Shown here piece by piece: positions 13,014 through 14,720 of a stretch of 14,720 nt of DNA. The position numbers and the translations under genes were made by a program. Source of the DNA: Candidatus Omnitrophota bacterium (GTDB taxonomy: Bacteria > Ratteibacteria > UBA8468 > MWAK01); the NCBI GenBank assembly GCA_043826355.1, contig JBDRQI010000038.1, positions 1 through 14,720 on the forward strand. Reading direction: 5' to 3'. Under the pieces are notes generated by a model. The model saw nothing but the letters and a program-made list of their open reading frames with translations. It searched no databases and was not told where the DNA came from. Numbering within the stretch: position 1 is the stretch's first letter; every line of letters starts with the position of its first letter.

Positions 13014-14720
13014 ATGGATTTTTTGTTGGAAGTAGTCACAGAAGATCTTCCGGCGGAGTCAATTTCAGACCTCGCGGAACAGTTGTCTGCAAGGTTCGGT
13101 CAGTCCCTCATTGAGAACCGGATACCGGCGGAAAAACTAAAAGCGTTTACCACTATCCGGCGCCTGGTTGTGTTCGTTGAAGGTTTGCCGAAGAAACAAG
13201 CAGCCCGGGTTGTGGAAGTAGCCGGGCCGCCGGCCGCAAAGGCTTTTCAGCCGGACGGAAAGCCTACGCCGGCCGGGCTTGGTTATTGCCGGGCGCACAA
13301 AATAAATCCCAAAGACCTGAAGGTCAAGGACGACGGCAAGAAAAAAGTCTCTTATTATCTCCGGGAAGAGAAGGGGCGGTCTACCCGGGAAATCCTGATA
13401 GAATTAACGCCGAAACTGCTCAACGCTCTCTCTTTTAACCTGCCGATGCGCTGGGGCGTCGGTGAGGTATCTTTTATCCGTCCCGTCACCTCAATCCTCG
13501 CTTTATTAGATGATAAGGTTCTGCCGGTGGAGTTTGCCGGGGTGAAAGCCCGGTCTTATACCTCTGGCCATCCGATTCTTTCACCCCAAAAGATTAGGAT
13601 AAGTTCAATCCCCGATTATTTTAAATCTTCTTCCAAAAATTTCATTACGCTTGATGCCGGGGAGAGAGTTAAAAAGCTTACCCGGAAGATAAAATCTTTT
13701 GTGCCGCCCGGAGCGAATTATTCCCCGGAAAGTTTGAATAAGATAGCGCTTACCCTTGAATATCCGGAAGCGGCTTTAAGCCGTCTTGATTTGAAAAACA
13801 TTTCTTACCCGGAAGAGGCGGCCGCGATTATCATCGAAAATCTGAAATGCCTGCCGCTCTTCGGGCCGGAGAAAAAACTGTTGCCGGAATTCATTATCAT
13901 CACTGACGGTCGGATTACCCAAGAGATTGCCAGGGGGTTCCTCTGGGTTTTGGAGAGCCGGTTGGAGGACGGCCGGTTTTTTTGGCAGGAAGACGTTCAA
14001 GTTGCCATTCCGGAACATCTGGATAAATTGAACAAGGTTATCTTCCAGGCGTCAATCGGTTCCCTGGCCGATTACAGCCAGGCCCTGGGAAAAATTACCG
14101 CTGATTTTGCCCGGAAGGTGAACTTGAAAGTAGGAGAGGCAGAAATTGTAAGCGCGGCGGCAAAGGTAGCCAAGGTCGATGCGGCGACCAGCATGGTGCG
14201 CGAGTTTCCGGAAGTGGCCGGAATAATGGCGGCCAGTCTCCTGAAGCGGTCCGGATACCCGGCCGCGGTTTCAGAGGTTGTGAAAGAACACTTGCTGCCC
14301 CGTTATTCCGGAGACCGCCTGCCGGAAAACAGGCTGAGCCGGGTACTCTCTTTTTCGGATAAAATAGTCCATCTCTGCGGTCTCTTCGCGGCCGGGATAG
14401 AGCCGTCGGGTTCTTCCGACCCGTTTGGATTGCGCCGGCTGGCGCAGGGAGCGCTGGAAATTGCCTGGAAAGCCGATTTCCGGATTTCGTTGAGCGGTGC
14501 GGTTGACGCCGGGCTGGCAGCCTGGGGAAAAGGAAAGGAAGTCAAGGAAAAGGCGGTTAATTTTTTACTCCAGCGCATTGAAAACGGGCTTCAAGCCCGC
14601 GGTTTCCGCCCGGACGTTGTAGCCGCGGCCCTTTCCGGAGAAGGAGACAGCATTACCGCCTTTCCGGCCCGGGCCTCGGCCCTGACGGGCCTTGTTAAAA
14701 AACCCGGCGGTCCGGAAGAG
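13014..14720 (+). CDS. glyS: Glycine--tRNA ligase beta subunit (3'-partial)
   Basis: Frame open to the window end (569 codons): MDFLLEVVTEDLP, TIRRL, GPP..AF..DG.PT.A, PMRWG....FIRPV, RLEDGRFFWQED, MVREFPEVAGIM, EHLLPRYSGDRLP, PSGSSDPFGLRR. Absent from the ORF track because there is no stop in the window. Confidence 0.93.
   Translation, partial: MDFLLEVVTEDLPAESISDLAEQLSARFGQSLIENRIPAEKLKAFTTIRRLVVFVEGLPKKQAARVVEVAGPPAAKAFQPDGKPTPAGLGYCRAHKINPKDLKVKDDGKKKVSYYLREEKGRSTREILIELTPKLLNALSFNLPMRWGVGEVSFIRPVTSILALLDDKVLPVEFAGVKARSYTSGHPILSPQKIRISSIPDYFKSSSKNFITLDAGERVKKLTRKIKSFVPPGANYSPESLNKIALTLEYPEAALSRLDLKNISYPEEAAAIIIENLKCLPLFGPEKKLLPEFIIITDGRITQEIARGFLWVLESRLEDGRFFWQEDVQVAIPEHLDKLNKVIFQASIGSLADYSQALGKITADFARKVNLKVGEAEIVSAAAKVAKVDAATSMVREFPEVAGIMAASLLKRSGYPAAVSEVVKEHLLPRYSGDRLPENRLSRVLSFSDKIVHLCGLFAAGIEPSGSSDPFGLRRLAQGALEIAWKADFRISLSGAVDAGLAAWGKGKEVKEKAVNFLLQRIENGLQARGFRPDVVAAALSGEGDSITAFPARASALTGLVKKPGGPEE

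Overview
Bacterial chromosomal window of moderate GC, visibly rich in CCGG. Housekeeping genes (mtnP, dnaE, secG and a 5'-partial glyS missed by the ORF track) are interleaved with carbohydrate-utilisation genes: the 3' end of a protein with a GH2-type sugar-binding domain, a GH36/clan-D glycosidase, an enolase-superfamily enzyme, a GH29 enzyme and an MFS transporter. There is also a secreted PEGA-domain protein and a decayed UroD/MtaA-family pseudogene. I see no integrase, transposase, CRISPR array, rRNA or tRNA. The best candidate for an undescribed system is a two-gene catabolic unit: a GH36-like enzyme with non-canonical active-site residues plus an uncharacterised enolase-superfamily enzyme, preceded by an AraR/GntR-like operator and a second 21-bp palindrome. 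Other notable signals are a mirror-symmetric divergent promoter (MFS/glyS), apparently leaderless secG and glyS, a recurring 18-bp promoter spacer, a REPIN/dRS3-like double hairpin between secG and dnaE, and a His-to-Gln variant GH29. All family calls come from motif recognition by eye, not database searches.
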